Virus record (IMG/VR): IMGVR_UViG_3300020179_000005
Location: 62,001-126,000 of that record
Length of the DNA: 64,000 bases
Strand: one strand, 5' to 3'
In this document: piece after piece, positions 22,586 to 32,571 of the stretch
Numbering within the stretch: the stretch's first letter is position 1
How the letters are laid out: the number at the start of each line of letters is the position of its first letter
Position numbers and translations under genes: made by a program
The notes under the pieces: model-generated
Database searches by the model: none
What the model was told of the DNA's origin: nothing
The model's input: only the letters and a program-made list of their open reading frames with translations

Positions 22586-23783
22586 TTAGTAGTTAAGGCT
22601 GGTTGCACCAAATGTTGTAAAAGCTCCGCTTCTTCTTAGGAATGTGAAGCTAAATATATCTAGTTTTCCTGCGCCATTTGTTGCAGTTGGAGCTGAGCCA
22701 CCGCTCCACTTAATTGTTTGACCAACTCCTGCTATTTGAACTGCACTTGGTATGTATCCAGTTGCTCCTTGAGTTACGATAACAGTAACAGTACTTGCTC
22801 TATTATCGGTTGTTGGAAGGTTGGTTACATTCAATGTAAAGTTTGCGCCAGGAGCAGTATTGACAAATCCTACGTTTGTAGAAGTAAAATCAAGCGTAAG
22901 AACGTTGCTTGATATGGTTTGATCGGCTGTTACTTCAGTTGATTCTGCAATTGTTATCAGACCAGTAACAGTTAGAGCTCCGCTTACTGTAACATCATTA
23001 AATGTTACATTTGAAGCCGTTCCAACTGCTTGACCGATTGAAATGGTTGCGGTTGAACCCTCCCCTGCAGTATGAGAAACTGTTACTCCGGTTCCAGCCG
23101 AAACATCGGACATATAGTTACCAGTTGTGTCTGTACCAAGAGCAACCGAGTTAGGGGCAACTGTTGCGGTTAGAGTTGCGCTACCCAAGTCGGTTAGGGT
23201 TACGTTACCGGTCAAGTCTCCAGCCAATGTAATAACTGGTGATACACCTGTTATTGTTGGTGATGTAAGAGTCTTATTGGTAAGTGTCTGTGCGCCGGCA
23301 AGCGTTACAAGGTTTGCTGTATCGGCAATACCGTGAACGCTGGTTGTGTCGTTTTCGTGATTTGTTACATCTGTGGTGCTTGCTATATTGACGTATGTCG
23401 ATCCATCGTTGCTAAACTGCCACTTGTCAGTATCCTCACTCCAACGAAGTTCTACATTTGCAGAAGAACCACGCTCAACCTCAATGCCGGCATTGGCTGA
23501 TGGCGCTCCTGTAACACTTGAATTAAGAAGAATTGTATTATCTTCTACGGCTAAAGTTTCTGTATTAAGAGTAGTTGTGTTTCCGTTAACGGTTAAATTA
23601 CCAGTAACCGTAAGGTCACCAGAAACCGAAAGATTTCCGCTCTTTTGAAACCGAAGCCACCGTTGTGTCTGAAGCATTCTTAAATTCTGCTAGTGCTGCA
23701 GTAGCACCAGTTGCGGCTTTAAATACGGCTGATTCGTCAAAAATAGTTATTGTCGGTGCAGTTTCAAATCTTTTACGCGCCAT
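22586..23783 (-). CDS. Fibre/appendage protein, ~398 aa, joined across the +1 CGG site at 23639
   Basis: ATG at 23783 with AGGAG RBS (MARKRFETAP...KE), then +1 into GNLSVSGDLTVTG; carries the shared fibre module [15 protein letters not shown]...GIEVERG...RW. Confidence 0.75.
23637..23639 (-). other. +1 recoding site GAG-C-GGA
   Basis: Codon 49 from the RBS-preceded ATG; frame 0 stops 7 codons later. Confidence 0.85.
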
Positions 23784-23846
23784 GGCACTCCTTATATGAA
23801 TAAGTTAAAATAATTCAAACATTATAGTAATGAGTTTTAAGTAAAA

Positions 23847-24650
23847 TTATTGTGTTATTCTATTTAAATATTGCATCATTTTGCCGCTATATTTTATGCG
23901 ACCAAAATGCGTTAGGTCAATACTTGGGTCAACCCATATCTTACCACCGATCTTTTGCCAGTAACGACAGAATCCGTAATCTTCAGATAAAAATCTGCCA
24001 TCATCATCAACATAGGAGTTAAATAACGCATATCCATAATCTGCTTCTTTTTCAGTTAAAGAAGAAGTGTCATCTTTGTACTTTAATTTTTTATATTTTT
24101 TCATCATCTTTTCAATCGCTTGACGCTTTATTAGCATAAAGCCAGTACCAGCTTCGAAACATTCTATTGCGCCATTTTCTATATTTAGTTTAGTTTCACC
24201 GGGCTTAAAATGTGCTACGTATCTGGAGCCATATTCCAAAAGATTTTCAGATTTTAAATCTTTTTGTGCACCTTCTTTGACCTTGTCCCAATTTATTTCT
24301 TTAATTGGATATGAAGCTGTTATAACATCTTTATCGTGCCATAGTAGTTTTAGCACGGATTGTTTGTCAAATTGTAAATCTGCATCAATAAACATCATGT
24401 GAGTAAAATCGGGATTTGCCATGAACTTAGCGGCAAGATTATTTCTTGCGCGATTGATCAAAGAATCGGATATCGTACAAACAGAATACTTAAGGCCGAC
24501 ATCTTTATAAAACATAAGTGCCTGTAATAAAGACATCATGAATGGTTCTGTGACGTGTGAATCATAGCATGGCAGAGCAAAGAAAATATTCCACTCTTGA
24601 ATCTTTTCTTTTGGTATTGTTATTTGTGTTTGTGTTTGTTCTATAGCCAT
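23847..24650 (-). CDS. Glycosyltransferase (GT-A fold, family 2-like)
   Basis: ALPCY N-terminal strand, SLINRARN, MFIDAD (DxD), GTGFMLIKR, LSEDYGFC, LTHFG. Confidence 0.8.
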   Translation of the reverse strand: MAIEQTQTQITIPKEKIQEWNIFFALPCYDSHVTEPFMMSLLQALMFYKDVGLKYSVCTISDSLINRARNNLAAKFMANPDFTHMMFIDADLQFDKQSVLKLLWHDKDVITASYPIKEINWDKVKEGAQKDLKSENLLEYGSRYVAHFKPGETKLNIENGAIECFEAGTGFMLIKRQAIEKMMKKYKKLKYKDDTSSLTEKEADYGYALFNSYVDDDGRFLSEDYGFCRYWQKIGGKIWVDPSIDLTHFGRIKYSGKMMQYLNRITQ

Positions 24651-24657
24651 ATTAACA

Positions 24658-24666
24658 ATTATAGCA
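24658..24666 (-). promoter_or_regulatory. Extended -10 promoter TGCTATAAT, 7 nt upstream of the glycosyltransferase ATG
   Basis: Matches TGnTATAAT; similar elements at 33776-33784 and 54455-54463. Confidence 0.6.
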
Positions 24667-24719
24667 GATAAATAGGTCTATTGCATCTTATGTAAAATAT
24701 TTTAATTAAATTGGCATAG

Positions 24720-25706
24720 TTATGCGACTACCAAACTGAACGAGCCAGTGGAAGTGAACGAGTGAACCGTATAGGCGGCTGCGCCAGCGGGTCCGACTTC
24801 TTTTGTTCCACCAGTGGCGGAAATACCAGAGGATGTTAGGTAGCGAATGATTACGACACCAGAGCCGCCGTTGCCACCCGCGGACGCTGGCGAATCGTTC
24901 CCCTGTCCTGCTCCACCGCCGCCGCCACCCATATTGGGTAGTCCAGGTGAGGCTATTGCGCCACTGGCAACGCCATACGCACCTGCACCGCCGCCACCGT
25001 TACCGCCAGACCCAGGGCTACTCCCTGAGTTATGTCCACCACCGCCGCCGCCAGCCCTGAATGTTGCTGTGCCGTTAATCGAAGACTGAACGCCCGCGCC
25101 ACCATTCCCGCCAGTCGCACCGCCATTTGCACCTACACCACCAGCGCCGCCACCGCCCGCACCTGGATATGTCCCACCGTTTGGAACTGTTCCGCCATCA
25201 TAGCCCTGACCAGCAGTACCAGTTCCTGGAGAACCCGCACCACTATGGCCACCACCCGCGCCACCTCCAGAACCTCCGCTCAATGCAGTTTGCCACTCGT
25301 ATGAACCACCTCTGCCACCACCAACGGAAATTATTGAATCAAAAGAGGAATTTGTCCCACTTGACCCCGTGGTTGTCCCCTGTTTGTGTCCAGGCCCACC
25401 AGCACCGACAACGACGGCATATGTAGCACCGCTATACAATTGCACTGTTGTTTCAGCAGGAAATCCTCCACCAGAATTTTCTCCAGAAACGGATGAACGG
25501 TAACCCCCAGCGCCACCTCCAGACCCAACCCAAGAACCGCCGCCACCGCCGCCAGCAACAATGATGTATTCAACATTTGGAGTTGGCGAACCAATCCATG
25601 CCAAAGCGCCTCTTTGCTGTTGCTGCGTGGTTAAATCCCAAAACCCAGAGGCTGCCGCTACTGTTACCGTTTGCAACGGTCCGATGCGTCCGCCACGTTT
25701 ACGCAT
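24720..25706 (-). CDS. Glycine-rich appendage/fibre protein
   Basis: VEYIIVAGGGGGG...GGSGVVIIRY glycine-rich domain signature. Confidence 0.75.
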   Translation of the reverse strand: MRKRGGRIGPLQTVTVAAASGFWDLTTQQQQRGALAWIGSPTPNVEYIIVAGGGGGGSWVGSGGGAGGYRSSVSGENSGGGFPAETTVQLYSGATYAVVVGAGGPGHKQGTTTGSSGTNSSFDSIISVGGGRGGSYEWQTALSGGSGGGAGGGHSGAGSPGTGTAGQGYDGGTVPNGGTYPGAGGGGAGGVGANGGATGGNGGAGVQSSINGTATFRAGGGGGGHNSGSSPGSGGNGGGGAGAYGVASGAIASPGLPNMGGGGGGAGQGNDSPASAGGNGGSGVVIIRYLTSSGISATGGTKEVGPAGAAAYTVHSFTSTGSFSLVVA

Positions 25707-26383
25707 TAACTAATCTCTTCGTAAGAGCAGACCGCCTCCAGGTCGCCGTTCACAAGAGCAGTAAGGCGAAGTTGGTCGCCCTCCTCAAGATAAATAGACT
25801 TGGAGATAACGTCCAGCGTTGAGTCGGCTGGAACGGCTATCGTCGAAGCAAGCCTATATCCTGTACCCGAACGAACAATGTCCACTGTTATATCTGCGGC
25901 GTTTGTTCCGTCCACGTTGGAGACGTACAGCGCGTTAACCTTAAGCACCTTGTTGGAGTTGCTCGCAGTACCAGTTACGTTTATCGTGCCCGCCATAGCC
26001 GAATGGTGTTGGCAGGCGTAGTACAGGGTGTTCGGTGCGTCAGCAGGAATCTGATAAGTGATGTAACCAAGTTCCGTGCCGTTATTTCTAATACCAGATG
26101 TAACTACATTCGCTGCGTTGTAAGCACCAGATGAACTTTGAATCCAAAACGGATGACCAGAAGCAGATACTTGAAATGTATAAGTTGCACCACGTGTTAG
26201 GTTGAGAGTCGCGTTATTGGAGCCGCCGACTACATAGGCGGACGCGCCACTGTTGGTGACCACGATGGTCGTGCCTGCACTGCTGCCCTCGTTCTTCAAA
26301 ATGGGTGTGGCGGTCGTAGTAACAGCAAGAACTGCTGTTTGACCTTTTATTGTCGTGACTGCCACGATATTTGGTGCTGTCAT
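25706..26383 (-). CDS. Appendage adaptor-like protein with an inserted cupredoxin-like domain
   Basis: MTAPNIV...YLEEGD frame interrupted by LTRGATYTF..GHPFWI...LYYACQHHSAMAGTINV. Confidence 0.65.
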   Translation of the reverse strand: MTAPNIVAVTTIKGQTAVLAVTTTATPILKNEGSSAGTTIVVTNSGASAYVVGGSNNATLNLTRGATYTFQVSASGHPFWIQSSSGAYNAANVVTSGIRNNGTELGYITYQIPADAPNTLYYACQHHSAMAGTINVTGTASNSNKVLKVNALYVSNVDGTNAADITVDIVRSGTGYRLASTIAVPADSTLDVISKSIYLEEGDQLRLTALVNGDLEAVCSYEEIS

Positions 26384-26386
26384 GAT

Positions 26387-26647
26387 TTATCCTCCAAAAA
26401 CTATTGACATTGCAATACTTTTACCAGTCGATGCTGGTGTAAATCCTAAATTATTAACAGCTGCATTAGCTGCTAAATGTGCTGATGTAACGACATTTGC
26501 CGCCAATTGTGTTGCGCCAACTGCACCAGGAGGTACAACACCAACATAAGTATTTAATACCCACGAGGTTCCATTCCAAGTCCAGCTCCTACCACCATCA
26601 GAATGAACGTCGTTTACCGATGGAGATCCAGGAAAATCTATTGGCAT
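26387..26647 (-). CDS. Small MPIDFP-family fibre module protein
   Basis: MPIDFPGSPS...WTWNGTSW N-terminus shared with three other genes in the block. Confidence 0.7.
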   Translation of the reverse strand: MPIDFPGSPSVNDVHSDGGRSWTWNGTSWVLNTYVGVVPPGAVGATQLAANVVTSAHLAANAAVNNLGFTPASTGKSIAMSIVFGG

Positions 26648-26674
26648 TTAGTTATCTCCTTTTTATATTAAAAC

Positions 26675-27031
26675 TTAGGCTAGTTCATCCCATTGTTGGC
26701 TGGCTTCATTCCAGGTCCAATTTCCTTCAGCAGGTTTAGCAACTGGTGCTTCCCAGTCTGCTGTAGTTTGGTTCAACGTCCAAGACGGATAGGGCTTTGG
26801 TGCAACAAATGCATCAAGTTCTGCATTGAACGTATATCCAATTCCAGCATAACGCTTACGGAAATTGTTATTATAAGATGTTTGCTTCCAAGTACCACCC
26901 AAAAGGCTTGTGCAGAATGCCGCACCAACTGAATCTGAGGCTGGATAATCTCCACCACCACAGTCGGCATTGCCGACCACAATGACTTGTGTGACGACAT
27001 TGTCGGAATTGATTTGCGCAAAATGTGCCAT
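26675..27031 (-). CDS. Small partner (chaperone-like) protein of the Gly-rich fibres
   Basis: MAHFAQINSDNVV...WKQTSYN..FRKRYAGIGY..DAF..PKPYPSW; strong AGGAGG RBS. Confidence 0.7.
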   Translation of the reverse strand: MAHFAQINSDNVVTQVIVVGNADCGGGDYPASDSVGAAFCTSLLGGTWKQTSYNNNFRKRYAGIGYTFNAELDAFVAPKPYPSWTLNQTTADWEAPVAKPAEGNWTWNEASQQWDELA

Positions 27032-27122
27032 TTTAAAATATCCTCCTAATTAAGATAATGTCTCTGTATATAGTATCATAAAAATCATTAAAAATCTATT
27101 TAAATAATAAAATTATTCTTGT

Positions 27123-27147
27123 GTCGGTGCGACGAATACATCGTTCA
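27123..27147. repeat. 25-bp direct repeat, copy 1
   Basis: gtcggtgcgacgaatacatcgttca, identical to 28365-28389. Confidence 0.95.
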
Positions 27148-27336
27148 TGGTAGGGGCTGCTCTGGTGGTGACGGCAGTTTCTCAAACACTCCATCAACAA
27201 CAGTTGCACCAACCCACGCAACATTGTCGGGTTCGCTCATAATCCAAGTCGCCTCTTCCAGCCCACGCCACGACGCATCTGCTTCAGTGACTACAGTGCA
27301 AACACCGTTCTCAACTTTGCCGTAAATGTTCATCAC
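27145..27336 (-). CDS. Small partner protein (63 aa)
   Basis: YGKVENGVCT resembles FAKVENGIVT in the 72 aa paralog; overlaps the stop of the upstream gene. Confidence 0.65.
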   Translation of the reverse strand: MMNIYGKVENGVCTVVTEADASWRGLEEATWIMSEPDNVAWVGATVVDGVFEKLPSPPEQPLP

Positions 27337-28349
27337 GGAACCTCGTATTCAATGTTTACGAAACCGCTTGCAGCGGCGTTTGCTGTACCCTGTACATTAC
27401 CGCCAAGACCGACTGTGACCGTAACACCGACTGAAGGCGTAACAGTGTCGCTCACAACGATTCGTCGCCCCCTTGTACCTTCTGTAAATCCACCCCAAAC
27501 ATTGAATACACCGCCACCAGTGCTTTGGTGAAGATACGTAGTCGCTTCCCCCGTGTTCGCCTTTGCGTTGATGAGGTAGTTCACCGCATCATAGCCAACA
27601 CGGTAATGAGTAACTAATTGACCACCAAGCGCAGTTTGCGTGCCACCCGAGAAGGCAACCGAACTGCTACTTCCAGCAGTCCCAGTTCCATCAGTAGTAG
27701 TCATACCACCAGCACCGCCAACAATAGTTGCCATAACTTTTGTAACACCTGCTGGCGGGGTGAATGTGCCACTAGTCGTGAACAGTTCGCAACGACGCTT
27801 GTTCCCTGAGTACGCCTCAAGCGTCACGATTCCCTGCTGACCTGCGACACCGTTAGACCCAGCAGTTCCACCAGCACCAACAGTCACCACGAGCGTTGCG
27901 CCTTCGGTAACTGCACCACCAACACGCAAGAACCCACCACGACCACCTTGCACATTTACAATGTATACGCCACCAGCAGGAGGTGTCGCTCCGTCGTAAA
28001 AGCCACGTTTTCCACCAGCACCATAATCGTTTGGACTTATGTTGTGGCTTGTATTGGATGTTTTGAAGTCCGAACTTGGTGAGCCATTTGGGTCGCCGCC
28101 AAGAGCGGTCTGAGTGCCTGCTGAGAACGCCACTGAACTACTGCCACCAGAACCAGCCGCAGTTGAGCCGTTGCGAACACCGCCGCCGCCTGCCTGAATG
28201 TTGGCAATCACATAGGTCACGCCTGCTGGCACAGTCCAGTTGTTCGCACCAGTCGTCGTGAATGTGTAGACCGTGGGAATAGAGGAGGCGGTGGCAACAA
28301 CCGTGTCCGTTGTCTGCGATGACACATAGCCGAGATAAGAACGAGCCAT
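27333..28349 (-). CDS. Glycine-rich appendage protein with two internal repeats
   Basis: Two copies of FTT.G..T.PAGVT.V.A.I.GG.GG...SSSVAFS.GTQTALGG. Confidence 0.75.
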   Translation of the reverse strand: MARSYLGYVSSQTTDTVVATASSIPTVYTFTTTGANNWTVPAGVTYVIANIQAGGGGVRNGSTAAGSGGSSSVAFSAGTQTALGGDPNGSPSSDFKTSNTSHNISPNDYGAGGKRGFYDGATPPAGGVYIVNVQGGRGGFLRVGGAVTEGATLVVTVGAGGTAGSNGVAGQQGIVTLEAYSGNKRRCELFTTSGTFTPPAGVTKVMATIVGGAGGMTTTDGTGTAGSSSSVAFSGGTQTALGGQLVTHYRVGYDAVNYLINAKANTGEATTYLHQSTGGGVFNVWGGFTEGTRGRRIVVSDTVTPSVGVTVTVGLGGNVQGTANAAASGFVNIEYEVP

Positions 28350-28567
28350 TACTCCTCCTCAATCGTCGGTGCGACGAATACATCGTTCACCGCATCATAC
28401 GACCAGCCCTTGCCGCAGTAGCCACGACCTGAACCGTCTTGGAAACACTCAACCCACAGTTCGCTGTCGCCGTAGCGTTCAGGATTAGCGACCAAGAAAT
28501 CCCACGACACGACACGAACATCGGTGACGATGCCGTTCTCAACCTTTGCGAAAGTCGGTGCGCTCAT
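28349..28567 (-). CDS. Small partner protein (72 aa)
   Basis: FAKVENGIV...GWSYDAVNDVFVAP; translationally coupled to both neighbours. Confidence 0.7.
   Translation of the reverse strand: MSAPTFAKVENGIVTDVRVVSWDFLVANPERYGDSELWVECFQDGSGRGYCGKGWSYDAVNDVFVAPTIEEE
28365..28389. repeat. 25-bp direct repeat, copy 2
   Basis: Identical to 27123-27147; encodes NDVFVAPT at the end of the 72 aa gene. Confidence 0.95.
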
Positions 28568-29499
28568 ACCTTGAACCTGACATAGACGACACCTGCTTGC
28601 CCATTACCGCCGTTGCCGCCTTTAGTTCCGCCACCGCCAGCACCATAGTTCACGCCAGCGTTGCCAGCACCAGAAGTAGTGCCTGCGACACCGCCTGTTC
28701 CTGCTGAGCCACCTGTCGCACCACCACCGCCACCACCAGCGCAAGCGTTGTAAGCCGCACCCGTAATGAAACCTGAAATGTCTCTACCGTTGCCGCCCGT
28801 GCCACCTGTCGTTCCTGCTGCGTTGCCGCCGTTGCCGTTAGCACCACCACCACCACCACCAGCGGCGTTAGCCGAAGTAAAGTTATCAGTTCCGTTGCCG
28901 CCGATGTAGGTGTTGCTCACTTGACCGTGACTGATACGGCTCTCACCGTTTGCGAAATGAGCGTTCCCGTATCCTGCGGCGTTTGCCATACCGCCTTGAT
29001 TAGCACCTGCGCCACCAACACGAAACATAATCCCACCGTTCTCAGGCTCGCTAGATGAAACCGACTGAGCGTAAGAGCCGCCACGACCACCGCCATAGAC
29101 AATGTGCTTATTCCCGATGCGAGACGGAAACCCTGCGCTACTGTACGAAGTAGAACCGTTGCCGCCTGCGCCTACATCTATCGTTTGATTAGCGTCAAGA
29201 TACACGGTAATCGTTTCATCTAGTCCAAGAATGCCGCCACCACCGCCGCCACCACCAGCACCGTTATTGTTAGTAGCACCGCCGCCGCCACCACCACCGC
29301 CGATAAGCAGAATGTCAAACAACCCTGCCTTCGTCACCGTTAGCGTACTGTCGCTAGTGAAGGTGAGAAGCGTGTACGCCTGTGTTCCGACTGTGATGCT
29401 TGACGATGAGCCGCCTGTTGCTACGCCGTAGCCCTGCACATTGACGGTCTGCGTCGTCAATGACGACACATACCCAAGTTGGCGGCGAGCCGTAGCCAT
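28564..29499 (-). CDS. Glycine-rich appendage protein
   Basis: FDILLIGGGGGGG...GQAGVVYVRF; paralog of the N-half of the 565 aa ORF. Confidence 0.75.
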   Translation of the reverse strand: MATARRQLGYVSSLTTQTVNVQGYGVATGGSSSSITVGTQAYTLLTFTSDSTLTVTKAGLFDILLIGGGGGGGGATNNNGAGGGGGGGGILGLDETITVYLDANQTIDVGAGGNGSTSYSSAGFPSRIGNKHIVYGGGRGGSYAQSVSSSEPENGGIMFRVGGAGANQGGMANAAGYGNAHFANGESRISHGQVSNTYIGGNGTDNFTSANAAGGGGGGANGNGGNAAGTTGGTGGNGRDISGFITGAAYNACAGGGGGGATGGSAGTGGVAGTTSGAGNAGVNYGAGGGGTKGGNGGNGQAGVVYVRFKV

Positions 29500-29502
29500 C
29501 GG

Positions 29503-29871
29503 TTACGCCGTGATTCGGTTCACGAACCCGTGAATCGTAATAACATTGGCTGTTGCTGCAGATGCTTTTATTATAAGGGCACTTGCGGCACCTTTTATAA
29601 TAAGTCCGGGAGCAACAGTCACCAAGCCTGCTTCTGGTTGCACCGTCAATTCAATTAGATCGTCAGGATCTGTGGTTCCACCCCAACCAACAGTTAGTTT
29701 AACCGCTGATGCCGAGGTATTCATTGCATACAACCAAACCTCGTCATGAGTCGTTGCTGTAGTGTGACCCGTATGAATCGTCGTACCAGAGGCAATGGCA
29801 GTAGCTCCCACCTTGATTGCACGACCATCAGCTGTTCCGCCACTGAGAGCGATTTTTGTAAATGTTGCCAT
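29503..29871 (-). CDS. Appendage adaptor-like protein
   Basis: Beta-rich 122 aa ORF in the same cassette slot as the 111 aa and 225 aa ORFs. Confidence 0.6.
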   Translation of the reverse strand: MATFTKIALSGGTADGRAIKVGATAIASGTTIHTGHTTATTHDEVWLYAMNTSASAVKLTVGWGGTTDPDDLIELTVQPEAGLVTVAPGLIIKGAASALIIKASAATANVITIHGFVNRITA

Positions 29872-29881
29872 TTATTTCTCC

Positions 29882-30142
29882 TTAACTAAATACTTGAGTG
29901 CCTATTACTGCGCCCGCATCATCTGCGGGAGATCCTGCTTGTCCCCATTCCAAACCATTCGATGCCGAGGAATTGGCCAAAAGTGCCTGACCATTTGCCG
30001 CACCAGGGGCTAGTGTACCTGCAACGACCAAAGCAGATGACTGTAGAGTCCATGTTCCTGTAGATGATGCATATACCCATGATCTATTACCTACAGTATA
30101 AACATCATTATTTGATGGGGAATTTGGAAAATCAATAGGCAT
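29882..30142 (-). CDS. Small MPIDFP-family fibre module protein
   Basis: MPIDFPNSPS...NGQALLANSSASNGLEW. Confidence 0.7.
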   Translation of the reverse strand: MPIDFPNSPSNNDVYTVGNRSWVYASSTGTWTLQSSALVVAGTLAPGAANGQALLANSSASNGLEWGQAGSPADDAGAVIGTQVFS

Positions 30143-30156
30143 CACACACCTCCAGC

Positions 30157-30825
30157 CTAACTGTTTGCATATCCGTAGACGCGAATAATACCCGACATAG
30201 TGCCACCAACAAAAAACGTCAAACCGTCATGAGCCCCCGCAAGGTTGTAGAACCCGCCGCCAATTGTCGCCGTAGAATTTCCAGCGGTGGTTTCGCCATT
30301 GCCCTGATACGTCCAAGCCGTAACAATAGAACTGTCTGCAGGGCTGAACACATCAATGACGTTGCTACCAAACATGTGTGCGTTTCGCATACGATTGATG
30401 TTTGCTGACGATGAGCCGTTGTCACTGACTTGGGCTATGCCGTTAATTTCAATTCGATGCTGATAATAGTTACCAAGTGTTTGTGCCGCACCTGACGCGT
30501 TGACGCGCATAGACAAAGTTTGATTTGTGCTACTTGCGCTGATATTAATGAACACGCGATAATTTAAATAAGTGCTTGTAAATGTATTTGCTGGTAGGCT
30601 GACTGATGATGCTGTTGTAAATGTTGCACTCGTAAGATAAATAAGACCTGGGGGAGCAGCAGAGCCAGTCATGTATGACCATGTAGTTCCTGTGTATACC
30701 GCAAGCCTGTCCGTATCGGTCTCGTAAATAAGTTGACCCTCAAAAGGAACGGATGGGCGGGTTGTTGATGTACATACACCTGGCTTAATTACAGATGACG
30801 CACCTAAAACACTTGAAAAAGGCAT
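30157..30825 (-). CDS. Putative fibre/appendage protein
   Basis: TTRPSVPFEGQLIYETDT..VYTGTTW fibre repeat; ends IRVYGY. Confidence 0.7.
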   Translation of the reverse strand: MPFSSVLGASSVIKPGVCTSTTRPSVPFEGQLIYETDTDRLAVYTGTTWSYMTGSAAPPGLIYLTSATFTTASSVSLPANTFTSTYLNYRVFINISASSTNQTLSMRVNASGAAQTLGNYYQHRIEINGIAQVSDNGSSSANINRMRNAHMFGSNVIDVFSPADSSIVTAWTYQGNGETTAGNSTATIGGGFYNLAGAHDGLTFFVGGTMSGIIRVYGYANS

Positions 30826-30871
30826 TATTTACCTCCAACACCTATAGTAAAACAATATTTATTATTTGTCA

Positions 30872-32569
30872 TTATGCCCTCGCCATTGTTAGAGATCCTG
30901 TTGCATCCCATGCATACCATGTGTAAGAACCGTCTGTTCCGGTTGTCGGGCTTCCTGTTGTAGAAATAGAAAGACCTGTTGCATCTGCGGTTAGCCAACG
31001 GACTACGACACGACCTGAGCCGCCTGCACCGCCGTTGCTGTTATTACCGCCTCCTCCGCCTCCTCCGCCACGATTAGCGGTAGCCGCACCGCCGCCACCT
31101 GCACCAGCGTTCGTTCCCGCCGAACCTTGTGTTGTGTTTCCACCGCCGCCACCACCAGCCGAATACGAAATCGTTGAGCCTGTGTAGTTATTCGTGCTTG
31201 CCGCACCACCAGCCGCGCCTGTGTTTGCGCTGCCGTTGCTTCCTGTGCCGCCCGCACCACCACCACCGCCTCCACCTGTTGAGCCTGAACCTGTGCCGCC
31301 TGCGTTGCCTTCACCTGAGATGCCCGTACCGCCAGCAGTTGCGTTCGCTGAACCGCCACCTGATGCGCCATTATGTCCACCGCCACCAGCACCACCAGCA
31401 CCACCACCGTTAGCGGCGTTAAGAAATGCTGATGCCGTTCCATTCATTGCGGGAACTGGCGCAGTCGTTCCTGCCGCACCACCCGACCCGACCTTGATGG
31501 TGTACGAGGTTTGTGTGATGATCCCTGAACCGGTAACAAAACCGCCACCGCCTCCACCTCCGCCAGAGAAACTGTCCCTTGCACCACCGCCACCTCCGCC
31601 ACCGACCAGCAGATACTCAACATTCAAGGTCGGTTGATAACGAAGCGTTCCTACAGCAGATCCTGAGACTCTACGACGAATGTAGACGATTCCTGAACCG
31701 CCTGCGCCGCCATTTAAATTTCCAGACGGTGAAGAACTACGACCACATCCTCCTCCACCACTTGCTGTGTTTGCAGATGCTGCTGTGCCATTGGCATTAT
31801 TAGAGCCACCAGTACCACCAATAGATGAGCCACCAGCGCCACCTACGTAACCTCCGCCACCGCCACCTGCTCCTTTAAAAAGAGCACTTCCTCCAATAAA
31901 TGCCGATACGTCATAACCAGCACCACCAGCACCACCAGTTGCGCCAACAGCAATACCGTTTCCGCCAACTGCGGTAGCACCACCACCACCGCCAGCGGGT
32001 TGAGCCGCAGAATTGCTGTTGTCTCCGCTACCACCTGCGTAGCCGCTGACCGTGTTAGCCATAGCCGCACCACCAGCACGACGATAAGACGAAGTGCTAT
32101 TTATGCCACCGCCACCAGAACCACCTGCGCCACCTGCTCGCAAACCACCGCTATCAACAGCATCACCACCATGACCGCCGCCAGCAACAGATAAACCACG
32201 AGCACCACCAATAGAAGAACCAAGACCTGAACCAGAAATCTGGGATTCGCCCTGACCTGCCGCACCACCAGCACCAATAGTTACTGTTTGGCTTGAATCT
32301 AAATAAATTGTAGTTTGCAATACTCCACCTGCTCCGCCACCGCCGCCCGAATACAAAGTTGAACCAGTTCCAGAACCGCCCCCACCTCCGCCGCCAGCAA
32401 ACATGAGCACATCAAACCAACCAGGTTGAGTAACGGTCAGCGTACTTGATGCCGTAAATGTATGTAATTTATAAGAAACACCAGAGACGGTGATATCCGT
32501 TTCTGTTCCGCCGGATGCGATCCCATATTCGGTTGCGAGTCTTGGTTTGCGGGCTCCTGAGATACTCAT
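30872..32569 (-). CDS. Glycine-rich appendage protein with two fused Gly-rich domains
   Basis: N-half resembles the 311 aa ORF; C-half resembles the 280 aa ORF. Confidence 0.75.
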   Translation of the reverse strand: MSISGARKPRLATEYGIASGGTETDITVSGVSYKLHTFTASSTLTVTQPGWFDVLMFAGGGGGGGSGTGSTLYSGGGGGAGGVLQTTIYLDSSQTVTIGAGGAAGQGESQISGSGLGSSIGGARGLSVAGGGHGGDAVDSGGLRAGGAGGSGGGGINSTSSYRRAGGAAMANTVSGYAGGSGDNSNSAAQPAGGGGGATAVGGNGIAVGATGGAGGAGYDVSAFIGGSALFKGAGGGGGGYVGGAGGSSIGGTGGSNNANGTAASANTASGGGGCGRSSSPSGNLNGGAGGSGIVYIRRRVSGSAVGTLRYQPTLNVEYLLVGGGGGGGARDSFSGGGGGGGGFVTGSGIITQTSYTIKVGSGGAAGTTAPVPAMNGTASAFLNAANGGGAGGAGGGGHNGASGGGSANATAGGTGISGEGNAGGTGSGSTGGGGGGGAGGTGSNGSANTGAAGGAASTNNYTGSTISYSAGGGGGGNTTQGSAGTNAGAGGGGAATANRGGGGGGGGNNSNGGAGGSGRVVVRWLTADATGLSISTTGSPTTGTDGSYTWYAWDATGSLTMARA

Positions 32570-32571
32570 AA

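Noticed and set aside
23640-23677. ORF-track N-termini such as MLQTQRWLRF (23677), MQLFTS (51100), MLLVPLR (7799), MPKAEF (3945) and MLQLVAD (62845)
   Set aside because: These are chance starts in the +1 frame upstream of the shift point; the RBS-preceded starts lie in frame 0.
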